60,274 bases of DNA, filler included, from Sphacelaria rigidula (GCA_964200075.2; 8 parts of 8 records of this genome joined end to end with filler, not necessarily neighbours in it); one strand, 5' to 3'; counted from the whole stretch's first letter, positions 1-13,148 are shown. Notes: a model not told the origin generated them from the sequence alone. Program-made: numbers and translations.

Positions 1-85
1 CTATAGATCGACAGTTCCGTTATTCAAATAGTTCAATCAGATGTTCTACACAACTCAGTCGATACTACCGCACCTATCACGAACA
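1..85 (-). repeat. 3' LTR of the copia element (partial)
   Basis: 84/85 identical to 5729-5813; minus strand starts TGTTCGTG directly after the purine tract. Confidence 0.9.
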
Positions 86-94
86 CCTTTCCTC
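86..94 (-). promoter_or_regulatory. Polypurine tract (PPT) of the copia element
   Basis: Minus strand reads GAGGAAAGG immediately before the TG of the 3' LTR. Confidence 0.75.
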
Positions 95-285
95 GGGGCT
101 GTTGTATCTGCCAGACCAAATATATATATTACGAAACCAAATTAAGACTCAGACGTTTACTTCTCATTTCTCAAGCCAAGGGCAAAGTCACGGTGAACTT
201 CAAAAAGATCTTTCGGCAGAGCCTTCGTGAGGATGTCCGAATGTTGTTTTTCGCTGGAAATGTGCGTGATCTCGAACACACCCTC

Positions 286-1835
286 CTATGTCAAATTCCT
301 AAGAAAGTGGTGCCTCACGTCAATGTGCTTACTCCTGCACGTGCTAAGCGGGTTTTCTGCAAGCGCAATCGCACCCTCGTTGTCCTCAAGTCCTTCAATC
401 TTACGAGGCTTCACACTACGCCTCAAGAACTGAAGCATTCCGTTCACAAACAAAGTGTCTTTCACACCATCACCCATCGCAAGATACTCTGCTTCAGAAG
501 TCGACTGTGAAACGCATTTCTGCGTCCTAGAAATCCAAACTACAAGCATGGCAGCCACAAAAACCAACGCTCCCGGATAACTGATCGACGGTCAGTGGCC
601 TTGCTCGCAAAATCGGCATCTACGTACACCAACGTGCCTACGTCTACCGTATTGTCCTGCTTGAACTTCAAAGTTAGATGTGCCGTTTCCAGAAGATAAT
701 TCAGAATCTCCTGGCCTGCCTTCCGGTGGCTCTTCTTTGACTCGTGAGAGTGCCTCGCCACCGCCCGAACAGCATTCGAGATGTCGGGCCTTGTCTGGTT
801 GGCGATCCACATCAGGCTCCCCACTACCTCTCGGAACGGCACATCTCCTGCCCCCTCATCCTCCATCACGGACCTGTTATCGTTGGCAAGGGAAGCAGGG
901 ATCGTGCTGGTGCGACAAATATTGAATCTCTCGAGAACACTCCTGATATAACTCTCTTGAGAAACCTCAATCGTGCCAGCCTCGCGGTCGCGAATAAATG
1001 CGCCACCAAGAAAGAACTTGACCTCACCCAAATTCTTCGTAGGAAGAGAGTCACCTAGCGCTTCCACAACCACCTTGGCAAGACTCTTAGTTCCTGCATA
1101 CAGAATGTCCTCCACATGAATTGCGACCATACCCATCACCTCGTGTCCCATCATGAAACGTAGGACACAGGGGTCAGACAGAGACTGCTCGAAACCAATC
1201 CTCTTCAGGTCCGACATTAACCTCTTGCAAAATGTTCTAGATGCCTGCTTCAATCCGTACAAACTTTTGTTCAAACGGACAACCTTTCCTGACATCGAAC
1301 CGCAGCCAGGAGGCAACTTCATGAACACCTCATGGTCCAATTCCGACTGAACAAACGCTTGCTCAATATCCCAGCGGAGTAATTCCAAGGTGTACTTGCA
1401 CGCCAACGCTACTAGCAATCGCATCGATGCAGCATTCGCAGTAGGCGAGAAAGTTTCAAGATAGTCCACACCATACTTCTGCTTGAAGCCCTTCGCTACA
1501 AGCCTAGCCTTGGCCTTCACTATATTCCCTGTTTCATCTGCTTTCCATGTGAAAACCCATCTAGCATCAATCACATAACAGCCTACTGGGATCTTTACTG
1601 CTAACGTGAACGTTCCTGCTCTCATCAAGCCTTCAACTTCTGCAGACATGGCTCCATCCCACATCTTTGCGTGCTTCGATTGCCGGGCTTCTTGATAGCT
1701 CCCAGGTTCTGACTCAACATCCTGAACGAGTTCTTTCGGTAATTCCACGGCGTCCCCTGCTCGCTGTTCCGGTAAGAGTGCATACATTATCTCTGATGCG
1801 GAGATGGGTCCTAGGGTGGCCACAAGGCCAGACAC
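286..1835 (-). pseudogene. Copia reverse transcriptase and RNase H (frameshift near 570-590)
   Basis: Motifs KARLVAKGFKQKYGVDYLETFSP, WDIEQAF, LYGLKQASR and HVEDIL (xVDD motif altered); RNase H motifs YVDADFA, SQSTSEAEY, EDNEGAI and RSKHIDVRHHFLR. Confidence 0.95.
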
Positions 1836-2043
1836 GCTCTGGTGATTTATGGCACGGGTTTGCGCACGAGTTCTACCTTCTCTTACTTCATCATTCTCAC
1901 GCGCATCAGTATTAAAAGTAGGAAGCTCAGCAACATACCTCGGACGACGAGCGGCTGAGGGAGGTGCCTTCGCCTCTACTTCCTGCTCTCCCGGTCCAAT
2001 TGATTTTACATCACCATGCCCTCCCGGCCCAATCGACTTTATC

Positions 2044-4170
2044 TCAGCATCCCCTCCCAGATCCGCCGTCTCTACTTCCCCTGTCTCCAGCCCTCCCTGC
2101 CCCCCGCCCGCCTATCTCGAGTGCTGAAGAAGACACAAAGGGAACCGTTATACTAGAGGAGTTGTTCACGGGCGAAGACGGTACAGAAGGGGAGGATGGA
2201 ACAGAAGGAGACTGGCCTACACTGCCTGCATCAACACTGCCAACCTCATCAATTCCTGCACCATTCGGTAACACTGCATCACGATTCACACGAATACGAA
2301 TGTGTTGAATTCCCCTTTCTGCAAGCGGCCATACTTCAGCTTCTACATCGTCGTCACTTTCCTCCCCTCCCCCTGCCGTGATTTCAATCGGCAGAGGAGG
2401 TTGCGGTGGAGGGAGCTGTGACGGCAACGCCTCCCACGCCACATCTCTCGTTTCCTGAATAGTCCCAGCCCTCGTAAGTACCCTATGACAATCACGCGGG
2501 TGGTCTCTCGAAGGACCGACATGAAAACAACTCTCACCTTTCGCTAGCAGCTTAGACGGTCGCTGCCACCTGCAGTAAGCCGGCTTCAAAAACGGATACG
2601 GTCTAGCAGGACGAGGTTCTCCATACCACATCTCATACGGTGACCTAGAGTCAGGGTTAGCAGAGCACGCTGTGTGGTTAAGTGCCTCGCAAGCGTAATG
2701 CATCGCCTCAGCCCAGAGTCTGTCAGTCTTAAGTAACTGCACATGCCCAAACAAAACTTTCGCCTGAATACGAACCGCCATATCGGCCTCCTCAATCAAT
2801 CCCAATCCACGCTCTGTAATACCGTTATATTGAGGACTGTAAGGCGGAGTGAACTCTTGTTTGATCAAAAGCTCATTTCACACGGATCCAAACTCCTCCC
2901 CGGAAAACTCCCCTCCATTGTCAGATCTAGCAATCTCAACCAATGATGGGATTCCATCAGCACGCACACTAGCAAGAAAACTTCGGAAAGCACTCCCAGC
3001 GTCTGATATATTTCTCAGGAAATACATCCATGCACGCCTTGTAAAATCATCCTTCACAACCATGGGGTAGTGTTTACCCCTTACGGACGCAACGTCCTTC
3101 CTCCCTCCCAGATCAACAAACATTCTGCCCAACTTTTTATCCGATCTACTTTGAGTTTCATGAGCAATCCCTTTCCTAATAGCCTGCGACATCAAACATC
3201 CCGTACAAGCATGCATGTCACCGGTCAACTCGGTATCTAGCCGTTTTGCAGTAGTACGAAGTAATCCCTCGTGTGAATGACCATATATGTTGTGAAACTC
3301 ATTGACCTCCATATTCTTCTCATGCTTGGGGTTCGAAGGAGTGAGGGTAGCCAACACCGAACCAACAGAGTCATCTCCCAGACGATACGCCATCGCAATT
3401 AGCATGCCATCGAAGTTCTGAAAAGTAAAATGTCCGTCGTAAGCAGTCATCACACCATCAGGACCACCAAGACGATTCCATGATTTGCCATCAAACTCTG
3501 CGCTGGGAGGAAAGAGGTTATACCCTAAGTTGGGAGAGTACAACACGTTCTCCAACTCTACGGAAACGTCGCTGTCAGCAGTCACAAACACCAGCTCCAG
3601 TGTTCCAGAGAATGCTACCTCACAAGTCACTCCACCAACCCCTTTTGCGTTCTTGTGGCAAGGCTTTACATCCTTCATACAAGAGAGAGAATCAGTCATG
3701 TGAAAAACAGTACCCGTGTTTGCATACCAATCTTCGACACACCTATCCTTTCTTGCACGAGAAGAGAATTCACGAACAGCATCATCACTGAACAAGCACT
3801 CACGCAGTATGGCATCGTAAAACGCTACCGGACACGTCAGATCACTCGAGTTGTTCAAACTGGTTTGGGAGAGCAACACCAAGCTAGATCTCTTACGGTT
3901 CTCATCCTCGTTGTCCTCGGATTTCCCCGTTTGGGTAGGATGAGCGATCACGCGAGCCAGGCGGTCCTTCCTCAAGTGACCCTTCTCCCCACACTTGAAA
4001 CATTTCTCCTGAAACTTCTTTTTCGTGGACAAATCAGATTCGGTGTTAGACTTCGACTTGTTGCTCGGCTTCTTGGTACTTTTCCTCTCTGTCCTAGACA
4101 CAAGAGCAACACTACGGTGCTTTTGTAGACCACCTTGTGTCTGCAAGTCTAGATACCGCTCAAGTGATCC
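2044..4170 (-). pseudogene. Copia zinc knuckle, aspartic protease, GAG-pre-integrase and integrase (in-frame stop at 2878-2880)
   Basis: CFKCGEKGHLRKDR (CCHC with the last C changed to R); WYANTGTVFHMT (protease D changed to N); HNIYGH...CTGC; FVDLGG, KDDFTR, RSDNGGEF and TPPYSPQYNGITER. Confidence 0.93.
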
Positions 4171-4990
4171 TTCTCTCTGTGAACGATGGGTCATTCGGAC
4201 AGAACACCACAAGAGTTTCACGAAAATTCTTGTACTCGTGCGACAGTCCCTCAAGCAGAAGGCCGCACACCTCTCTGTCATCTTTCTTGACTCCAAGCAT
4301 TTGTAGAACACCAAGCGTCTCTCTCATGGATGAAAAGAAGATTGCAGGATTCTCGTTTGAACGCATGCGCAGTGACTTCAGTGTCTCCTCTTGCACACAA
4401 ATCTGACTCTGGCTCAAAGGAAGAAAGTGATCCTTGAGCACTCGAAATGCCTTGCTGGGGGAACCAGCATGCCTAGCCATGGTTTTCAGACTATCTTTCT
4501 TCGAGCAGTCAAACAGGAACCACCAAGTCATCTCTGCCTGACGCACCACACCCACACTGAATCCTTTCTCTACCCAGGGGGTCAAGTCGAAACCAATGTC
4601 TGCAATCGGGATTTCAGCTTCAGAATCAAACGCCTCATACAGATTGTTGTGTCCGGCACTCAACAGAAAGTTCTGCGACCATGAGGGGTACGACACGTCG
4701 TTGCCGTCGAAAACAGGAGCTTTGGGAACTTTGAAAGGATCCACACCCAACTTTTCTCTTGTGTCAGTAATGTCAGCCCCAGGAATCAGAGTGTTTCCGC
4801 TAGCGACGCTTTCCCACCACTTACTCGACGGAGAAGGAGCGGGCGGAACAGAGGACTGACCTAAAGTCCCACCTACAGTCCAGATCGAACCAAATTTTAC
4901 TGCAGTAACAGAGGAACGATTTAGAGAAGATGCATGTGGATTCAAACCTGCGTCTGCAAGACTGCTACTCCTAACCCACATGCTGGACAC
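4160..4990 (-). pseudogene. Copia gag region (frameshifted relative to pol; true start uncertain)
   Basis: PVFDGNDVSYPSWSQNF and LLEGLSHEYKNFRETL resemble copia gag; lies between the putative PBS and the zinc knuckle. Confidence 0.8.
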
Positions 4991-5242
4991 GCTAAGTCTT
5001 GGGCATCGCCACCCGTACCTCCCGCGGTCCTACCAGCAGCATCAGCAGAAAGATGCATATTAGTCTCTGGTCCTCTGCCTCCCGGCGCGGCAGCTGTAAA
5101 AGTAGAGGACTCCACTTTCCTTCCATGGTGTTCAACTAACGACGATACTAGTCATGAGTTGAGACAGCTGTGTCTCTACAGAACGAATCCTCTCACCAAT
5201 TTCCTGCGATTCAACCTGAGTTGGGTCAACCGCAGGATCCTT

Positions 5243-5259
5243 GTTCCCCAGTTCAGCCA
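5243..5259 (-). promoter_or_regulatory. Candidate primer binding site
   Basis: Minus strand reads ...CTCATCA|TGGCTGAACTGGGGAAC, a TGG directly after a CA that could end the LTR. Cognate tRNA not identified. Confidence 0.45.
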
Positions 5260-5813
5260 TGATGAGACAGGTTGATCAAGCCTCCCTCAATAGTCTCATG
5301 CACGATCCAGGGGGACGAAGCAGCAGTCGACTGGTGTCGCTATAGCGTGTTGATAAACTCGTGACTTCTGGAGAAAAAGATGTATTGTATTATTGAGGCC
5401 TTGGTTCCAGAGACCGGCCGGGAAAGTGAAGTGAACACAGTGGGCGAGCCCGTTTCATCTACAACCAATAAATTCTGAAAACCAAAGAACCAAAGNNNNN
5501 NNNNNGTTCCGCAAACATTCCGTAACTTCAGCAACGTTCTTCATGGTTCCAGTAACGGAACCCGGACCAAACGCACTTCCTTACGTACCACAAAACTTCG
5601 GGTTGTTCCCCACACCACAAATACCATGCTCGGGCTAATGCAGTATTCACAAAGAGTATTTCTACATGACCAACAGAAAGGACCGAGAACATTCTCCGCA
5701 ATTCTCAAATACGTGGTAGCTCAGCAACCTATAGATCGACAGTTCCGTTATTCAAATAGTTCAATCAGATGTTCTACACAACTCAGTCGATACTACCGCA
5801 CCTGTCACGAACA
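5260..5813 (-). repeat. 5' LTR of the copia element (inner boundary inferred; contains a 10-N gap at 5496-5505)
   Basis: Outer end fixed by the match to 1-85; inner end inferred from the TG...CA rule and the candidate PBS. Confidence 0.7.
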
Positions 5814-7447
5814 CAAACTGAGCCAGCACGGAGCTGCTGTATCCTCGTTTATTACCGGAAGCAGCTGTCTGTGGCGCAGCGGCGCAATATCTCGGCCAAT
5901 CGAAGCTGGTTTTTGACTTTATTTCTACTAATATCTCTCATCTGATTGAAGAAAGGTCGCCTCATTTTGGTGTATTCGAAGACTCTGACTGGTCGAGAAA
6001 CTTTGCAACTCATAAATGTTGCCCTTATCTGTGGGCCCAGTTCCTATATTTCGCATAGAACGGGGTTTTGTGCATAAGCACATGCGTTTTTTGAAAAGCA
6101 TATGTTTTTGGAGATTTCAGCATAACGAAGGCATAAAAGCTGTAAGCTGTGCGCCTAACTTGGCGCATGTAGTTCTCAAAAGGGATATTGTACCCCATGT
6201 TCAGCAGCTAGTACCTACTCACGGGTGCTCCATGTGGCGTGGTTCGTGGAGTCGTGGCGTTTGTTTGTGCTCGTCATTTGTTTTCAGCGTTGTTGCGGGT
6301 CTGATACCGGTTTTGGTTCCGTATGTGGGCTAGTCTATGTTCATGTTAAACTGATCGAGAAATAAATGTGTCATTTTTCACATCAAACAGCGGCTCCCGC
6401 CACAACGTCACACGCCAGTCCAATCCACAACTGTACAGTGTACAGCTCACATTACACAGTGCACCGACAGTACAGCAGTGAGCACTACTCTCCTCTGGCA
6501 GAGCAGAAAGAGATCGAGGTGACCGAGATGCGGACTCCAGCGCCCCAACGGCGCGACGGGAAAGAGATCGCTGAGGAGCAGAGGGCGAGAGAAAAGGCGC
6601 AGAACTTTACCTTTTATTTTTCTTACTTCTTCGTTTTTATTATTATTTCCGTAATGGCCTTCAAAACCGATGAACGAAGAAGAAAACGAGCGAGCCTTCC
6701 TTCCAAGCAATCGTGAAATCTCGAACTATTCAACGTGCCGTCTTGTTTTCTTGCTGGAAGGTACGTTCCATGGGCGGTGCCGCTACGAACCCGCCAGGAA
6801 CCACCTCAAGAACGACGCGAAAAAGGCGCATAAGTCGCGCATACGTCACCAAAGTACACATAAATCGGCACATAATGTTCACATTTGAACATGAAAACAA
6901 TTAAATCACGCACATAAAAACAATTACTAATACTCGAAGTATATGTATTTCTCTCCATGGATCATGTGGCATTTTGAACTGGCACAAGACTCTAAACACA
7001 ACACATGTCAAAAATATCGCGCGAGAAATATATGCAAACCATGAGGCACGCGAGAGAGATGTGCGGTAGGGTGTTTTTCTTCAACATGGGGGGCCACAAG
7101 AATTTTAGGGTCGAAAAAGAATTTGAGGAGCCGAAAAAAAGGGGAGGGGGGCGCGAAAGAGCAAGAAAGAAGCGCAGTATAAGCGCGGAAAAGCGAAAAA
7201 AACAGGAAATCAAATGTAGGAAACGCAGATTACTACGATCCCTTTTTTTCGATCGAAAAAGTCCCGTCGTTTTTTTTTGCCGATCTGATGGATTCACCGC
7301 ATTTATATTCCTTGAAGGCTTCAACTCAAAATTATAATGAGGGGCGTGCGAGAAACTCTTAGACACGAAACATGATAAACCTTTTCGATCGAAAGCATGC
7401 GGTCGGAAGGCACGAAGCGGCACTTGACTCCTATCTTACAGACCACC

Positions 7448-7547
7448 NNNNNNNNNNNNNNNNNNNNNNNNNNNNNNNNNNNNNNNNNNNNTTAATTAAT
7501 TAANNNNNNNNNNNNNNNNNNNNNNNNNNNNNNNNNNNNNNNNNNNN
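7448..7547. other. Artificial 100-bp spacer (also at 14995-15094, 22542-22641, 30089-30188, 37636-37735, 45183-45282 and 52729-52828)
   Basis: Seven identical 44N-TTAATTAATTAA-44N blocks with stops in all six frames, spaced 7547 or 7546 bp apart. Confidence 0.98.
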
Positions 7548-8640
7548 ACAAATACAATTGGTGTGGTGGGGATTGTTCCGGGGCAAACTGGATGGAAAGG
7601 AAAGGGGAGGAGGGGGGGGGGGGGGCGCGCTCCGAATGGTCGCCAAAAAAAAACAATGATTGGAAAATTGCGGTGATTGAACCTTGCAAATTGAAACCAG
7701 CTACGAGCTGTAGCACTAGAAGAAAGTGCAAATGAAATGACGTCATAACGTCAGGGGAAAATGTAAGAATATGGGCTGGTACACGTGTACTGGTTCATAC
7801 GTACTGCCAAGAACTAAGGTGAAATAGGAACTTCCCAGGGACGACCGAAATAGGAAGTTCAGGCACACAAAACTCCACAAAACACGCGCATTTTCATGAA
7901 CAAATGCGTATGCAGCGGAAAAAAGGCTACGTGAGCCAGCATCCCGTCTTCGGGGGAACACACGTCGAGAGGTGCACTGAGCCAGCATCCCGTCTTCGGG
8001 GAGAAACACCTCGAAAACTGCACCCGGCTTCCTGCGTGTATTACACGGCTTGTATCCTACTGAAACTCGAAGGGAAAAAACGTCTGATTGACGTGGAGAC
8101 GACGTCCAAAGCTGCCTGAGTGACACGACACCACGTCGTACGGGGGAAAAGGAGGCGGGGAGTTCGGAGAATCCCTTCAACAAGGCGTTATTCGGAATAT
8201 TTTTTCAGAGGCTTCATGATTCATCCCTCATCGGTCGAGATATCTGTTTGAGGGTGTAGTAGTTATCTCGTTCGTCGCGTTTGTTCTTGCGCAAGCAAAT
8301 ACCGTAACCCCCTTCCAACATCCTTATTCTCGCCTCGGCTGTCCAAGTTTGTTGAACCGAGACTGGAGATGCCTGTATAACGTGCCTCTGTACATAGTAC
8401 CAGACGGGCGGTGGACATATATCCGTTGCTACCTTCACTGACATCTAGTAAATATCGACGCCCGTGGGGGAGGAAGGACTAAAGGACTTCAGGTGTGCTG
8501 TTGAATGCACACAGAGACTAGACTGTGGCGTTCGCTCCAGCCCATGGGGAGTCGCCACGTCTAGACTGAGTCCCGTGTTTCTCGCCTTCGCGCGGGTGAT
8601 GATAATTGGCAACACTTTCGGGGAGATTCACTGTGCGCAT

Positions 8641-8822
8641 GCTGCTGAACCGGTCTCGCGATAAATAAAAAAAAGGCAAGCACCGCAGAAGGAAGGTGGA
8701 GTATTGAAAACAAGCAAAAAAAAAAAACTCCTGTGTTGACCTTCCTCCTGTGTGACCTCGGCTGGTGCGCCCACGAATGCCCAAAGGTGTAGACCGGCGT
8801 CCAGGATAGATGGGACGACAAC
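8641..8822 (+). mobile_element. 5'-truncated SINE-like interspersed repeat
   Basis: Reverse-complement homolog of 24141-24305 (shared GGACGCCGGTCTACA...GTGGGCGCACCAGCCG.GGTCACACAG..GGAAGGTCA). Confidence 0.75.
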
Positions 8823-11800
8823 ACACGCGCTCTAAACCCCGATAAACAGAGCACATCGTCAGACTCAATGTACCCTAGTGTAACAACAAAATGCCCCCCA
8901 CCTCCCCACCAAAAGGTTGCAGTCTAGCAGTCGACACCACACACGCCACTTTTAGATCTTGTTCGATATATTGAATCGTGTTTACGTGTTAGATGTTGTC
9001 CTTCCCTTGTCTTTTGTCCTTCCCTTGTCCCATAGATAGAATAAAATCCATCAATTAATAAATCCATCATATATTTTATTCGACATTTGTCGTGTATTAT
9101 CTTACTAGCTCAAACAAGGGAAAAACAGACGAGTGAGTTTCGTAAACATGACGGAGGCGCAGGGACGGTCATAAAACAGTACGCTACGAACTTGTGATCC
9201 GAAAGAAGGTCTCCTTTGGAATACAAGTTCAAGTCGTAGGTCCATGAGAGGTCCGCCGGTTCTCGTGTGGACTGCGTGGACTGCCCCGTTTCGGGCGGTG
9301 CGTGGCACGGGGTGAAGCCCCGAGCACCTCCTCCACCGTGGATGTGAGTTGCGACTCGATTTGTCAGGTGACAATTTGCGTCTAGCCGGGGTAAACGTGG
9401 CTCTCATGTACCATCGAGGATATTGAGTTGGCCGCAAGAAACAATTCCGAAGTTCGAATGAATATACAGGGTACGATTTTGCGCTTCAGGCAAATGTTGT
9501 ACAGGGTATAAGGTATCGACTACTGTACTACAAGGGCTTCGGAATTTTACTGCAAGAGTACCATACTTGTTCCGAGGTGGATTCGCCCAAGAGAAACATG
9601 AGACCTATTTTTGTCGAGTTTACGGTGCCATATTGAGTAAAAGTACACCAAGGGAAGAGCTCACGCACACTGGCGTCCCTCTTTCCCCCCTCCCCCTCTC
9701 CCGCGTCTTCGCATTCTTTGCAACGCGAGGAGACAAACGATGGCATGAAAACAAGCTGAGCACACTCGAAGATGAACACTACATTAGCATCGTGGACAAT
9801 ACAGTAGAGTGGAGTGATGAAGCTAGACAAGGCAACAGAAGCTGTCCCAGCTCGGGGGAAAACCGGGTAACTTTCATCACAATTAGGTCCTGCAGATGTG
9901 GAGTCTGCGGCTCGAACAATGATCGCACGTGTGCAAGGAACAAATTGAAGGAAAGACGATGAAAAACGATTCGAGTGTGAGGCGGGGCAACATTGCGTGC
10001 TGTGATCGAGCATGGTCGCATCGGAGCAAGTCCCAAAAGCACGACGGTATCCTAAAGTACACAGTGTGTGCAGTGAACGCGCAAGAAGAAACGTGTGATG
10101 TAGCACGAATGCGACTAAATAGGAGGTTGGGTCTCCGCCGTGTTGCCGAGGCTCGAGCTCTGTGAGGTTGATCTGCACAGAACAAACGCGAACAGCTCGA
10201 CTTTCGGAGATATCTCCTCTATCACAGGTTGGTTGTGCTGTGTAATGGAAAACCAACGGGTGTGATAAAAGACCGCGGAGAAACTCAGGGAGCTCCCCGA
10301 CCTGTTGTCCTATTGAGAGCACGGCACACCACAGCACACCGTACCTTCGGGACCACCTCAACCCTTCGACAGCGGGAGCAGTTCATCTGTTGACATGGCA
10401 TGAATTTCACTTGAAAAAATTATCTGCATGATCCCGACGGACTAACCTCGCGGTCAGCAAGCAGCCTACGAATTGGCCATCGCGATATCATGCGATGGGA
10501 GTAGAAATCGCCAGTTCCTTTTGGACACTTGCTTTTTCGCTGCTTTTTTTCAGCGTGATCAGACACGGTATTACCGTAGGGCACACACAAGAGAAGTACA
10601 GTACAGTCAGTACAACAACAGTGGAGGACAAACCTTTTACCCAGTGAAAGCATGAAATCTTGTAATAAAAAAAGGCCCCCGATCCATCTTCCTTGCCGAA
10701 CAGCGAATGTTTTTCGGTGCTGCATTGTGGCGTGAAATATGAAGTATTCCACCTCGTTTGTGGTTCAGTTGGCTAATATGACAAAAACAGACAAATCAAC
10801 TTTTGGGTAGACCGATCCTGCCCTGTCAGTCATGCTGTAAATAGTATTGGATTGGGTGTATTGCGAATAGATTATGCTTGCGTACGACAAGTAACTCACG
10901 AGAGCAAGCATCCGTTAGACATACGGTCAGCGTAACTGGTCATCAGGGTCCGGGTCTGCTGGCGACATGATACCATTTGCGGCCATGCCAGTCGCTGCCC
11001 ACGAGGCGTCAACCGTTGAAGGACTGGATTATTTCAAACCCACATGGAGTAGTATCTGAAAGCGGGCCAAAGCCGAAAGTCTTGAGCTAGACTTATGTGT
11101 TACACTGGTGTCAGGGCGATGTATCCATGTCATTCGTCATTGACAGTTGACCGTTGCTCGCACATGTTGGCCGACAGTCCACCACGCAGTAACAATGACC
11201 ACTGTTGCATCAGGAGTCGAAGTGGACGCGAGGATGGGACTGCAGAAGCTTGGATGCGCTGTATGTGGATCCATGCTCACACGCGCAAATGCGTTGGGAA
11301 TTTGCATCGCTCATAACAGGGTCCCGTAATTCTTCGGATACCACCCCCTCACACAATATAGTCAAATCTGGAACCCATACATGTCTTCGTTGCTCTCAGT
11401 GGTTTCTCCGAACGGCGATTGTACTGTCCTATGGGGCAATAAGTGGGTGTCTGTCATGAACAAACGTAAGCAGTCGTGCACTGAAATCGCGAGGAATGAA
11501 GTTGTGGGCGCAAAAATTGCGTACGCTCGGCAAAAAAATGGACAAGTCGAGCAGCGTTCAATATGTTCAAAATAGAAACGGGAGGACTCATACACATTCT
11601 TATCTGGACGACACGAATGCATTCCCGTGCTCAGCAAAATACGATCAACCAAGTACATCACGCCCACTGCTGTAAGGATAGCCACAAAATACCCACACTG
11701 GTGCCCGACATAACAGTCTTGTGAGCACCCCTACTCATCAGGATGGGCGCGAGCCTGAGACGGTCGTGCTTCGAACCTAGAGGCTGAATTGAGAAGCAGC

Positions 11801-12611
11801 GCTGCCTCGAAGGGTGACAGGTGCTTCATGAAAGGTTCCAAGGGTACGCATAACAGCAGTAGTGCGGCCTAGCAAGAGTGTCATCAACAAGCTTGAAAGG
11901 GCGAGGAACGACGGATCCCCCGGGGCCTTGTTTTCGTCGGGCCCGAGTCATTGTTGCACACGTGTGGAACGAAGCCTTGGCGGGACATAGGACAACACAC
12001 GCACATACCAGCACCTTGGTCGCCGTGGTGATCACATAAGCATTTGATTTTTCTGTGTCAGTGGTCGGTGTAACAAGAGAAACGGGAGCGGGTCGGCACT
12101 GGCTTACAAATACAGTATAGTACGATTGATGTTGGTACAGACAGTTTGGCGATAAAACGCATCGATGTTTGAAATCGGGACAAGAGGCCACAACAACTCG
12201 GATCGATCGCAGGTGCTGACTATACACCAGCAACATGCGACTGCATCGAGATACAGCAACCCGAGAGGCCATAGGGTAGTCGAGGCATAATACACCCGCC
12301 CCACAACGAGGATGACCGAAGCAGAAGGATCGCTCGGGGCACATGGAGATACATATTCGAAACCCCCATGTACCGCTACCGGGATACCTCAACTAAACAC
12401 GTACAGTACCATCAACTGTAATGTTTCACTGCCACAGGGTGTGTGTGTCCACTTCGGACATCAAAACTTCGTTACAAAAACAAAAATGAACAACGCAGTC
12501 CTTGGCGCAAAAAAAAAAACTTGCTCGGGCAAAAACCAAACAGCAGAAAACAACGAAATAGCAGCAGCACCCGGCAGCACCCGACCTCAGGAGCAACAAG
12601 AATAACAGCAA

Positions 12612-13148
12612 TCAACAACACACCTTCCACGCAACGAACCACCGTCGACGCTCCGCCACGAATGGTGACACCTCGTGACACATCGGCCTGCCCGCTCGCC
12701 CCCGCGCTACTCCCTTTCCCTCCAATCGCGGCTGAAACTTAGCCTGCGAACTCAGCATGTTCACCAAAACCTCAATTTGTTCGTCTATCACTCCCCCAGA
12801 TACAGCGTCAAACGACATAGCGCACGGTCGCGGCCGCGAGCGCCGTAACACACCAGGAGTGCGGTGTAGGGTTGGCGGCGGCGGCGGCGGCGGTGGTGCC
12901 GGCACCGCGGCTGTTTCTTTCCTTCGTGCTGGAGCGATGATTGGACTATCGGGGGCGTCTTTGTCCCATGCCTCGTCCTCCAGGCACGAAAGATCTGCCA
13001 AGTCCTGCTGCTGTTGTTGCGAGATGGAAATTGATGATGTGGTTGCTGTTGCCGTTCTTCCTGCTGCGAACTGGTTGCTGATCGAAATGAAGCCACCGTC
13101 CGGTTGCCGGGACGCTACCACCCGCTCCCGGCAAGGCATCGCAGCCAT
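12612..13148 (-). CDS. Hypothetical protein of about 178 aa, apparently single exon
   Basis: Open frame from ATGGCTGCGATG; GC-rich, with polyQ and polyP tracts and a less repetitive C-terminus (FDAVSGGVIDEQIEVLVNMLSSQ). No domain recognised. Confidence 0.5.
   Translation of the reverse strand: MAAMPCRERVVASRQPDGGFISISNQFAAGRTATATTSSISISQQQQQDLADLSCLEDEAWDKDAPDSPIIAPARRKETAAVPAPPPPPPPPTLHRTPGVLRRSRPRPCAMSFDAVSGGVIDEQIEVLVNMLSSQAKFQPRLEGKGVARGRAGRPMCHEVSPFVAERRRWFVAWKVCC

Larger units (their letters stand above)
1..5813 (-). mobile_element. Ty1/copia LTR retrotransposon, near full-length, inactivated; 3' LTR cut by the scaffold start
   Basis: Minus-strand domain order is gag, zinc knuckle, protease, integrase, RT, RNase H (copia order). 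Bases 1-85 repeat at 5729-5813 with one mismatch and begin TG on the minus strand. A PPT adjoins the 3' LTR. Confidence 0.96.

Noticed and set aside
193..5275. Plus-strand ORFs overlapping the copia element
   Set aside because: Antisense shadows of gag-pol with no recognisable motifs.
7492..7503. Regularly spaced TTAATTAATTAA as a biological motif
   Set aside because: Always embedded in 44-N blocks at fixed intervals; a synthetic six-frame stop linker.
9528..10361. 277-aa ORF
   Set aside because: No recognisable motif or splice support; likely chance.
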